Program-made: the position numbers and the translations under genes
NCBI GenBank assembly: GCA_043228905.1
Contig: JBHGNT010000017.1
Span: 8,494,001 to 8,558,000, forward strand
Source of the DNA: Azolla caroliniana
Lineage: Eukaryota > Plantae > Polypodiophyta
Direction: 5' to 3'
DNA: 64,000 nt
Notes under the pieces: model-generated
Databases searched by the model: none
What the model was told of the DNA's origin: nothing
Seen by the model: only the letters and a program-made list of their open reading frames with translations
In this document: one piece after another, positions 13,485 through 23,392 of the stretch
Numbering within the stretch: position 1 is the stretch's first letter
Layout: every line of letters begins with the position of its first letter

Positions 13485-14161
13485 GATGCCTTGATGATAT
13501 TAATCGATGATAGCGTACATGTTGACGGAGTTAATCGAAATCACATGTTGATGGTGAGGATAGCTCAAGTCCACGACTTTCTCGATTTCGCCGATGGTGT
13601 CGTTAAATGAGGCTTCCTCTAGAATATAAGACACGAATTCTTCTTCTTCTATCAAGATGCCTCGATGATATTCATCGATGATAGCGTACATGTTGACGGA
13701 GTTAATCGAAATCATGGTTTTATATTTTGTGTTGACTTCGGCTTCCTCTATCAAGACGCCTCGATGATATTCATCGATGATAGTGTACATGTTGACAGAG
13801 TTAATTGAAATCACATGTTGATGGTGAGGATAGCTCAAGTTCATGACTTCCTCGATTTCGCCGATGGTGTCGTTAAATGAGGCTTCCTCCAGAATATAAG
13901 ACACGAATTCTTCTTCTTCGATTATGCTTTCTTCTTTTAGCACCTCCTCGAAGTCTTGTATTTGACACTTTTCCTTCTCGTTGAGTAGTCTTAGTTTGCA
14001 TGTGCCACTAGGTGTGATGCATGTTGCTTCTCCTTGCAATCCACGCACTCTGCTTCTGTCAGGAATAGTACTAAAACAGAGATGGAATTAGTACTAAGAA
14101 CAACAGTACTATTAGTACTAAGAGGACGGGACTGCGTAAGATTCCCGAGAGAGGAAGTGAG

Positions 14162-14197
<36 letters not shown>

Positions 14198-14512
14198 CGA
14201 GAATGAGAGAGATGATGACAGCAGCTATATATTATGTGAAAAGATAAGTACAAGCGGCTAAGAGGCTTAAGACTGGTGTTGAACCAATTTGGTTCAAAAC
14301 AATGCCTTGTGCCTCCTTTTATAGTGTTTTTAGGAATAATCTTGAAGCTTCTAGAATGTTCCAGAGAGATCTGGAATATACATCAATTTTCTATGATAAA
14401 GTATAAATGAAAATAATATCCTACAAAATACAATTCCTAATCTAATGGTAAGAGCTCGACCCATGTAGCATAAAGTCATGGGTTCGAGTCTTGCCATGAC
14501 ACTATCTCCCCC

Positions 14513-17500
14513 TTAAAGACGACGAGTGGAACGAGTCGGCGCTAACTGCGGACCGGGTTTGTCCGGATACTTTCGGTGGAAATCAGCAAGAAGATCTTGT
14601 GCATTGGCAACATTCTCGACGGGTTCCCAAGTACGTTCGCTCGGACTATAACCGAGCCAATCGACCAAGTAATAAAGTTTGTTGCGAACAAGTTTGGAAT
14701 CGAGGATGGCAGCAACTTCATACTCCGGGCCGGCGTCCAACTCCAGCGGGGGCGGCGGTGGTGTCACACGATCGGGAATGGTGTTTGCTTTATAAGGTTC
14801 AAGAAGAGAACAATGGAAAACCGGATGTATCTGAAGCTGCGGAGGGAGATCCAGGCGGAAGGTGACATCATTAATCTTCCCCGTAATACGGAAAGGACCG
14901 AGTCGTCGATAATCCAACTTGTCGCATGGTCGAGTAGTCTTGATGTGACGACGTAAGAGCCATACTCGATCTCCGATGGCAAAAGAGGAGGGAATCCGAT
15001 GACGATCCGCATAAGTCTTCTGTGTGTGTTGAGCATGACGAAGGTGAGTAGAGAGATCCATCTGGATCTTGCGTAGCCTCTCCAAATGGTCCTCGGCACG
15101 AGGGTTGGTAGGTAGCTCCGGAGTGTCGATCACCGACCAGCGAGGATGGAAACCGGTATAAGCGAGAAATGGGGAGACCCGAGTCGAGGAGTGAATAGCA
15201 TTATTATACGCAAACTCCGCAAAGTGGAGAATCTCGGCCCAATCGTCCTGTTGATAACTCAGGAAACACCAGAGATATTGCTCCAACGTTTGGTTTGTTC
15301 GTTCCGCCTGTCCGTCAGTTTGAGGATGGTAGCCGGAGGAGAGGTTGCAGGAGACCTTGAGCATCCTGAAGAGATGCTGCCAAAATTTGGAGACAAATTG
15401 CGGGCCTCGGTCACTGATAATACTGTCTGGTAGGCCATGATGCCGAAATACCTCACGCATAACAAGAGCGGCGGTTTCCTCGCTAGTGATGGCTTTAGTA
15501 CATGGCACAAAATGTGCCATCTTCGTATATCGATCGACGACGGTTAGGATAGCATCGAACCCCTTCGAGACCGGCAGATCTGTAATAAAATCAAGACAAA
15601 TAGACTGCCATGGCTTACTTGGAATTGGTAAAGGTTCCAACAAGCCATATGGATGGTGTCGTGGCATCTTTGCTCGGCAGCAAGCATCGCAGGTCCGAAC
15701 GTAGTCGTCGACAAAACGGCGCATGTGGGGCCACCAAAAAGATCGCTGCACTAACTCCAACGTCTTGGTACTACCGAAATGTCCCGCCGTATGGGTGTCG
15801 TGACAATGTTGGACGATTTGAAGGCGACAGGAGCAATCGGGGACATATACGCGCTTTTTAAAGAATAACAAACCATCCTGATATTCGAATTGTCGGTAGT
15901 CAATACCTGGTTGTTGAGACTGAGAACAGGATGCTCGAGAAGTATCAATGTGCGCCAGGATGTCTTGAGCAAAACTATCCATCTTCAAGGTTGCACGTAT
16001 GTCATCGGTAATCCGTGAATCCATCGGGGTGTGAAAAATCCGCGTCGTGTGCAATCGTGTTGGTCCCAAGATTACTTGCTTTTGATTATCAAATGTTGCG
16101 TCACCAGGACGAGGTGCAAGATATGAACGCCGTGATAGTGCATCTGCTTTTCCTTGCTGCTTCCCCGGTCGATATGTGATTTCGAAGTTGAAACGCGTGA
16201 GGAATTGCGCCCACCGAGCTTGCCGTCGATTTAGTACGCGAGCGTTCTGAAAATAAGCAAGATTTTTATGATCGCTAAAGACAATGACCTGATGTGGAGA
16301 GCCCTCTAAGAAATGCCGCCATTGTACAAATGAATCCACGATGGCTAATAACTCCTTGTCATGTATTTCGTAGTTGATTTCTGCGACATTGAATTTGCGC
16401 GAATGGAAAGCCACCGGATGCAACTCTTCTTTATCGCCTTGTTGAGAAAGGATGCTACCGAGGGCGAAATCTGATGCGTCGGCCTCCATGATGAATGGTT
16501 TGCTTGTATCCACATGAGCTAGAATCGGTGCTGATGTAAAGGCTTTCTTAAGATGCCGAAAAGCCATATCTGCTTCGATGGACCAAAGAAATGCTTGGCC
16601 CTTTTTCGTAAGTTGTGTGAGAGGTAAAATAATCTTCGAGTAATCCTGTATAAACTTACGGTAGAAGTTAGCAAAGCCTAGAAAACATTGTACATCTCGT
16701 ACCGACCGTGGAATTTGCCACTCTAGTACAGTTTGGATTTTAGCTGGATCCATGGCGATGCCCTTTGAGGAGATGACGTAGCCTAGAAATTCCACTTGCT
16801 TGCAGTCAAAGCTACATTTCTCTAGCTTGGCATAAAGACCATTCTCGCGGAGTCGCTTTAGTACTAATAGTACATGAGAATCGTGCTCTTCCTGGGTCTT
16901 CGAATAAATCAACAGATCATCCAGATAAATGATCAAACAGATATCCAAGAGGTCTCTGAATATATCATTTGCCATGTGTTGGAAGACTGCGGGTGCATTG
17001 GTTAGGCCAAACGGCATAACAGTATACTCGAAATGCCCATACCGCGTGCGAAAAGCGGTCTTCCACTCATCTCCCGGTCGGATCCGGACGAGATTATACG
17101 CTCCTCGTAGGTCGATTTTAGTAAAAAACTTGGCACCATTAACTCGCTCTAAAAGACTTGATATAAGAGGAAGTGCATACCTATTCCGGATGGTGACTTT
17201 ATTCAATCCGCGGTAATCAACAACAAGACGAAGTGAGCCATCTTTCTTCTTGACAAAGAAGATGGGTGCACCGGCCGGAGATTTCGAATGACGGATGAAC
17301 CCGCTTGCCAAGTTCTCCTCTATGTAGGCTCGAAGGACTTCTAACTCGGTGGGTGACAAGTTGTAAATTGGTCCCCATGGTGGCTCGGTTCCTGGTTGTA
17401 AATCGATGGGACAGTCATAGGGACGGTGATGAGGAAGGGTACCGGCTTTTACTTTGTCAAATACATCGGCATAAGGATGATATTTTGCCGGAAGTTGTAT

Positions 17501-17989
17501 TGAGGAGTCCTTCTTAATAGTGCTAGAAGGATGTACTGATATGGCAAATAGGAACATTGCCTCCTTGGGTCCTTCTTCGCGTAGTTGATGGAGTGAAATG
17601 GTCGAAACTCGGTGAGTTGATTCTTGGGGTGGTCGATATCGGACTTCTCTTGTTCTCCAATCTATGGCTGGATTATGTAATTCAAGCCAAGGTAATCCTA
17701 GGACAATGGGATGCTCTGGACTACTAATTATATTAAATGATATTATACACACAAAACTACCTAGGACAACTTGAATGGGTTCTGATTCTTCTACAATATT
17801 CCCGGAAGCAATGGGACGACCATCAATGACCACTACGGATGCGGGACAAGGAAGTTTTCTTAAGGATATCTGAGAAGCTTGGGCAAAATTTCGATCCATG
17901 AAACAGGAATTAGCTCCGGAATCTAAAAGTGCTAGGACGGGTACTGGGGGAGTACTTTTAGTACTAACAATGACTTGGGCTAGGAACAC
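14513..17989 (-). CDS. pol: Chromovirus Pol polyprotein (PR-RT-RH-INT-chromodomain)
   Basis: 1158 aa: ALLDSGA, YLDDLL, EADASD, HHCC zinc finger, DDE core, GPF, C-terminal chromodomain EYEV..ILD....YLVDWLGY...TWEP. Confidence 0.95.
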   Translation of the reverse strand: MFLAQVIVSTKSTPPVPVLALLDSGANSCFMDRNFAQASQISLRKLPCPASVVVIDGRPIASGNIVEESEPIQVVLGSFVCIISFNIISSPEHPIVLGLPWLELHNPAIDWRTREVRYRPPQESTHRVSTISLHQLREEGPKEAMFLFAISVHPSSTIKKDSSIQLPAKYHPYADVFDKVKAGTLPHHRPYDCPIDLQPGTEPPWGPIYNLSPTELEVLRAYIEENLASGFIRHSKSPAGAPIFFVKKKDGSLRLVVDYRGLNKVTIRNRYALPLISSLLERVNGAKFFTKIDLRGAYNLVRIRPGDEWKTAFRTRYGHFEYTVMPFGLTNAPAVFQHMANDIFRDLLDICLIIYLDDLLIYSKTQEEHDSHVLLVLKRLRENGLYAKLEKCSFDCKQVEFLGYVISSKGIAMDPAKIQTVLEWQIPRSVRDVQCFLGFANFYRKFIQDYSKIILPLTQLTKKGQAFLWSIEADMAFRHLKKAFTSAPILAHVDTSKPFIMEADASDFALGSILSQQGDKEELHPVAFHSRKFNVAEINYEIHDKELLAIVDSFVQWRHFLEGSPHQVIVFSDHKNLAYFQNARVLNRRQARWAQFLTRFNFEITYRPGKQQGKADALSRRSYLAPRPGDATFDNQKQVILGPTRLHTTRIFHTPMDSRITDDIRATLKMDSFAQDILAHIDTSRASCSQSQQPGIDYRQFEYQDGLLFFKKRVYVPDCSCRLQIVQHCHDTHTAGHFGSTKTLELVQRSFWWPHMRRFVDDYVRTCDACCRAKMPRHHPYGLLEPLPIPSKPWQSICLDFITDLPVSKGFDAILTVVDRYTKMAHFVPCTKAITSEETAALVMREVFRHHGLPDSIISDRGPQFVSKFWQHLFRMLKVSCNLSSGYHPQTDGQAERTNQTLEQYLWCFLSYQQDDWAEILHFAEFAYNNAIHSSTRVSPFLAYTGFHPRWSVIDTPELPTNPRAEDHLERLRKIQMDLSTHLRHAQHTQKTYADRHRIPSSFAIGDRVWLLRRHIKTTRPCDKLDYRRLGPFRITGKINDVTFRLDLPPQLQIHPVFHCSLLEPYKANTIPDRVTPPPPPLELDAGPEYEVAAILDSKLVRNKLYYLVDWLGYSPSERTWEPVENVANAQDLLADFHRKYPDKPGPQLAPTRSTRRL

Positions 17990-18068
17990 ATTGCTAACTT
18001 GCTTGGAAGGAATGGAACCACTAATGGGCTGTACAGATCTAGGGCTGCTGCTCCTATTTTGGCTGGAC

Positions 18069-19226
18069 TCAATCGTTTAACTCTTCATCTAATTGACTAA
18101 GGATTTCAAATTTATTTGAGATACTTGGGCTATTAGTACTATGAATACTATCTGACACTCTATTAGTACTATTAATACTATCAGACACTCCAAAGGGAAG
18201 AATTGACTCGGGTTTAGTACAGGCGACGATTTGATTTACCTGTCTTCTTGGCCTATGGGGACAATTGATGGCGATATGTCCTGGTCCACCGCAATAAAGA
18301 CATAATCGATTGGCACGTCGTCGTTGCTTTTCTTCTTCCGATAACGGGCCGCGTCGACGCATGGTATCGATCTCCATCGGTGTCGAAGTATTTGCTTGAG
18401 GTGTGTCTCGTGCAAACGGTTTAGCCGCGACTGCGGCGTAAGTGGGCTCTGGCCTAGAGCGTGGTATCTGTAATTGACGTTCTGAACGCCGTTCAAAAAG
18501 GTGGTTGTCACATCGAACTGCTCGACTGATTGCCTCCGTAAGAGACTTTGGTTCTTCGGGGAAAGTTAGAAGTAGATCTTTGACATCGTTTCGCAAGCCA
18601 TAGCGAAACTGCTCCATTAGTGCTTGATCATCCCAGGGTATATCTGAAGCAAGTAGGCGGAAATCCGCCGCGTAGGCAGAGGCTGGACGATCGCCTTGAC
18701 GCAATCGCCGGATCTTGTTGATCGCCGTCCTGATGCTGTCGGTGTCTCCAAAGCAGGCTTTAAACTCACCAATAAAATCTTCAAAGTTATTAAGTAAGGG
18801 TGATTGTTTTTCTAGAAGCGGAGCAAACCATGCCAAGGCTGAGCCGCTAAGTAGCGTGCCTATTAGGCTGACTCGAGATGCATCAGTGGGATATCGGGAA
18901 GGATGCATCTGGATGACTAAGCGTACCTGATTAAGGAATCCCCGGAATTGCGAACGCGTTCCATCAAATTTCACAGGAAGTCCAATCTTGGGCTCTTTAT
19001 GAAATCCTTGGGGACTGGATCCTTGTTGTTGCAACGCTGCTTCGAGTTGTTGTACCCGTAACGCTAACTCCCCATGTTGTTGTTGCGTTTGTTGTTTTTC
19101 TAGAGCGATTTGTTGCAGATCCCCTATCAGCCGTTGGTTTTCTTGTTCCAGGGCAACAAACTTTTCTTTTAGGCACTGTAGCTCGGAGAAAACGGATTGG
19201 TATTCGTGGGCGCTAACAGTAGCCAT
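18069..19226 (-). CDS. gag: Chromovirus Gag
   Basis: 385 aa: N-terminal coiled coil, KFDG, LRQG..S.Y..F capsid motif, PMEID, CCHC knuckle CLYCGGPGHIAINC. Confidence 0.93.
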   Translation of the reverse strand: MATVSAHEYQSVFSELQCLKEKFVALEQENQRLIGDLQQIALEKQQTQQQHGELALRVQQLEAALQQQGSSPQGFHKEPKIGLPVKFDGTRSQFRGFLNQVRLVIQMHPSRYPTDASRVSLIGTLLSGSALAWFAPLLEKQSPLLNNFEDFIGEFKACFGDTDSIRTAINKIRRLRQGDRPASAYAADFRLLASDIPWDDQALMEQFRYGLRNDVKDLLLTFPEEPKSLTEAISRAVRCDNHLFERRSERQLQIPRSRPEPTYAAVAAKPFARDTPQANTSTPMEIDTMRRRGPLSEEEKQRRRANRLCLYCGGPGHIAINCPHRPRRQVNQIVACTKPESILPFGVSDSINSTNRVSDSIHSTNSPSISNKFEILSQLDEELND

Positions 19227-19401
19227 AGTATAGGGAAAAGGGTAGGAGGATGAGGGAGAGTGACAAGTAGGCTAGAGGACAAAAATTGGTTCAAACTGTC
19301 AGGAATAGTACTAAAACAGAGATGGAATTAGTACTAAGAACAACAGTACTATTAGTACTAAGAGGACGGGACTGCGTAAGATTCCCGAGAGAGGAAGTGA
19401 G

Positions 19402-19437
<36 letters not shown>

Positions 19438-19803
19438 CGAGAATGAGAGAGATGATGACAACAGCTATATATTATGTGAAAAGATAAGTACAAGCGGCTA
19501 AGAGGCTTAAGACTGGCGTTGAACCAATTTGGTTCAAAACAATGCCTTGTGCCTCCTTTTATAGTGTTTTTAGGAATAATCTTGAAGCTTCTAGAATGTT
19601 CCAGAGAGATCTGGAATATACATCAATTTTCTATGATAAAGTATAAATGAAAATAATATCCTACAAAATACAATTCCTAATCTAATGGTAAGAGCTCGAC
19701 CCATGTAGCATAAAGTCATGGGTTCGAGTCTTGCCATGACAGCTTCCTTGTGGGGACTTATGATTGCTCGGACTATTTGTGCCCCATGCTTCAATAGTCC
19801 GCT

Positions 19804-21982
19804 TTAAAAATCTGAGGATTTGCCTCCAAGGCTATCTCGGTTCCTTTCGTGATTAGCTCGCACCGTTAGGAATTGAACAGATCTTTTACTATCAAGACTC
19901 TTGACGCGCGTGAAGGCTGCTCTGTTATCAAACACCTTGGTCTCCATTCGGGACGATGTTATATATGGTTGTCCTAGGATGACAGGATGCGAAGCCGAGT
20001 CTTGCACGAAGAAGTGTTGATCAATCTCCACATCCCCGATTGTGACTTTAACGTTGGGGCAAGCTCTGTACAAGTCCTCCGTAGCCTTCGTCGCCGCTCG
20101 AATCTTCCATCTGTGGTTTGTATTAATCGGCCATCTTCCTTTCTTGTAGAACTCGGTCGACATGAGGTTGATCTCCGAGCCATGGTTAATCAAGGCTACC
20201 ACGGTTTCTTTCTTCTCCCCGATCTTCACCGGCGTCTCCGTTGTCGCTCTTGCTCAATGAGGTCGAGTGTAATGGCTATCCGCCACCACTTCTTCTTCTT
20301 CCTCCTCTTCCGATCTTTCCATGGTTATGGCACTTGTTTTCACCTCCTCTTCATCAGATTGTTGCCGTTTCCTTTTAATAAGGTCCACGATAGTATCATG
20401 GAACTCCTTCTTCGCGATCCCGAGCAGTTCTCTCAAAGTAAGGTCGACATGACTGTCTAAAACCTTCTCCTCAAGGACCTTCCGCAACTCAGTGGTTTGT
20501 TCTATGTCCGATCTTAACTTGTAAGTCGGTGCCGCTCGTTCTTTTCCTTTCTTTGTTGATTCTTCGACTTCCATCCGAGCAGGTTGGCTTGATCCACCGG
20601 GCTTCATGCTTGTTTCTCCAACCTCTTTTCGTGGCGCAGGTGGGACTTGCCCTTCTTTCCCTTTGTTCCTCGTGTTGGGACGCTTTGACGTGCCATCTTC
20701 TTCACCGGTTCTTTTCCTCTTCTCTTCGACAAGAGCTTCATAGTTGTCGCACACTACCTCTGCAAAGCTTGTGTTTTCGTTGACTGGATCTGACCATCCG
20801 GTAACTCGTCGCACATTCCGATCAACATGTTTTAGATCTTCAGAATCAATTTTGCCTTTTTTCTCGCACTCAATACCGTCGGCCAAAACTCAGCTTTTAG
20901 CTTGATCGTCTTTAGATTCTCCTTTCCAACTCGTATCCCGGCCGATGCGGTATAGTGCATAGCTTCCACATGCCTTGCATCTTCCTCTTCTACAATCTTT
21001 TTCAGCCTGCCTCTTCCGAAGTTCACTCGTAGTGGCTTCCGGGTCTCACTCGAGTGGATCATGTTGCCATCCAAATAGACGACATTCTTGCGAATCGCGT
21101 CTTGCAAGTCAGCGCATTCCCTTCGTGAGTGCTCGAAGCTATCACACCACACACATCTATATGCTTCTTTTCCCTTAGGCCCGCGCGACCGAAGTTGGCC
21201 AGTGATACCGCTTCAAATTTCTTGGAGAGCTCTTCGATTATAGAGTCCTCCATCGCTTTCTTGTTGAAATTGTTGATCGGCTTGTTAGGCTCGACCGTCG
21301 CAGGTGCTTTCCTCCATGTTTGTAGATTCTCCATATCAGTTTCCTCTTGCCATTGTTGACGCTTATCAAGACGGCTACACACCTTCTTCACCACCGTCCA
21401 GTCCGCTACCAAGCCATTTGGTTGCGTTTCGTCCTCCAAAAAACCACCCAATTCTTGCCGGTCTTTTTTATCCACCGCCTTCAAGAATAGCAAAACTTTA
21501 TCTCCATCGAGAACTCGTTGATCAACACTCGGAAGTCGGTTGTACTTCTGGTCGAATTCCGCATATACTCCCGATGCACACAAATTCTTTCCGTTCTTCT
21601 TGATCCAAATCATTAGTGTATGTCGAATCATCCGTGATGCGTCTTCAAGCATGTATTCAGCAAGAAACGCCTTCTTGAACTCCGCCCAAGTTGCGTGTTC
21701 ATTTTGGATCTCTATGACACGCTCGCGGATTCCTGGTTCCACCACACGCTTGAAACTAGAAATTTGTTTCAAATCATGGACATCCCTCTATTGCATCTCG
21801 TTCCGATAGGTAGCAAGGAAATCCGTGATATTCTTGCCACCAAATCGTCCAGATATCTCCACCGTTCGATCAACAGCTTTGTCGATTAAAGCCTCTCGAT
21901 CTCCCGCCTTTAGCATGTATTCCAGAACGGACACCATGCCTTTCGTTAATTCCTCTCCTTGAGTTCCACTTGTCGAAGCCAT
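19804..21982 (-). pseudogene. Outer gypsy gag-protease, frameshifted
   Basis: CMWCDS..H...C knuckle remnant; protease ALI(D/N)HGSEINLM...ILGQP at 19804-20229; split over at least 4 ORFs. Confidence 0.8.
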
Positions 21983-22013
21983 CGTCGCACTTGATATCCT
22001 CTTGCCACCTTGT

Positions 22014-22031
22014 TTCACGTCGGGTTCACCA
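22014..22031 (-). promoter_or_regulatory. Primer-binding site complementary to tRNA-Trp 3' end
   Basis: + strand TTCACGTCGGGTTCACCA matches the 3' 18 nt of plant cytosolic tRNA-Trp(CCA) as I recall it; lies 4 nt from the 5' LTR. Confidence 0.85.
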
Positions 22032-23392
22032 AAGATGTCACGAAAATACGACGAGGATACGTGAACTTGAGGCAGGACCCCGGGGCCTTTGACCAGAGGA
22101 TATCATATTCGTGCTTTTATATTTTTAATAATTAACCAAAATAAGAAAGATTGACAAATTTCATTAACAAAGGAAAAGAAAGATTACAATCAATCCCAAA
22201 ATTGGGATTCAGAAGTTTTTGGTTTACTGAGATTAATAGAAAAGAAAAATTAGGGGTTTTGAGAGATATGGCTTCCGTAGGGAAATTTAGGGTTTTTGAG
22301 TGTTATGGCTTCCATAGGGAAAATTAGGGTTTTTGGCTTCCGTAAGGAAATTAGGGTTTATGAGAGATATGGCTTCTGTATGGAAAATTATGGTTTATGA
22401 GTGTTGTGGCTTTGATAAGATAAGGGAGCTAAGAAGGAAAAGAAAATAAAAATGGAGAGAGAATGAGTGTTGGAAAAAAATGAAATTTATATGGAGTTCT
22501 CCGTTGATCATCGCCTTCAATGTCACTTTGTATGTCCACTTTTAGTTGCATGGCCTCTACTTTTAGTTGCATCCATTTTTAGTTGCATGCGACCGTCCAC
22601 ATGATCTTTACTTTAGTTTTCTTTACTTTACTTTAATTCTCCGCATGATCCAATCATCCATCCGTCTCGATTGTTACCCATCCAATCCGTCCGGTCCGCC
22701 GAATCCCGGTTGCCGATTTCGCCGGTTTCGTTTTAATTACAAGTCGGTTCCAGTTTGCTTACCGACCGGTTCTGTTTTGCTTACCGATCGGTTCCAATTA
22801 GGTTTCCGGCTTACCGGACGGTTCCGAATTGATTTTTAGCCGGTTCCGGTTTGCTTTCTACTCGGTTCCAATTTGCTTACCGATCGGCTTCGGTTTGCTT
22901 ACCGATCGGTTCTAGATTGCCGACCGGTTCTAGATTGCTTACTAACCGGTTCCTGTTTGCTTTCCGGCCGATTCCTGATTGCTTACCGGCCAATTCCGGA
23001 TTGCTTACCGGCCGATTCCGGTTTGCTTTCCGGCCAATTCCGGTTCCATTACCGGCCGGTCGGTTTTTGGGAACTTGGCCCCAATCATCCTTCTAGACAA
23101 AGTGACCAAAGTGCTCTTGGCACAAATGAAAAAATGAGGGATCTCAATGTGCTTATATAGCTAGGGCCTTAAGTTTCCTATTTATGTGGGATACTTCAAA
23201 ATTCTATTTTCCCTATCTTCTCAAGCTTCATGTCCACCTAACTTGATATGTAGTTGTCTATTTTGTATGTAGTAAAATGCGTTTTGAAACTCTTGAGTAC
23301 ATCCATATTTCTATAACAAGCTACTAATCTAATCTAAAATAATTACTTCATTATTATTTTTACATAGTGTGTGAAGATTCACACGACACCGG

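Larger units (their letters stand above)
14057..19741 (-). mobile_element. Young Ty3/gypsy chromovirus (Tcn1/Tf1-like), 445-bp LTRs 14057-14501 and 19297-19741
   Basis: TGTCA...TGACA LTRs differing at only 2 positions that I could find, TSD GCTTC (14052-14056, 19742-19746), PPT AGGGGGAGATAG next to 14501, intact gag and pol ORFs. Confidence 0.95.
9075..23388 (-). mobile_element. Full-length decayed Ty3/gypsy (non-chromovirus, Phygy/Selgy-like), LTRs 9075-10327 and 22036-23388
   Basis: TGTCA...CGACA LTRs, 4-bp TSD CCGG (9071-9074, 23389-23392), PPT GGTGGGGGCGAA next to 10327, PBS 22014-22031. Order gag-PR-RT-RH-INT with frameshifts. Lineage name is tentative. Confidence 0.9.

Noticed and set aside
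14431-14501. Functional tRNA gene in the chromovirus LTR
   Set aside because: A/B boxes only; acceptor, anticodon and T stems do not pair.
22014-22031. tRNA-Trp gene
   Set aside because: Only the 3' 18 nt including CCA are present, at the PBS position.
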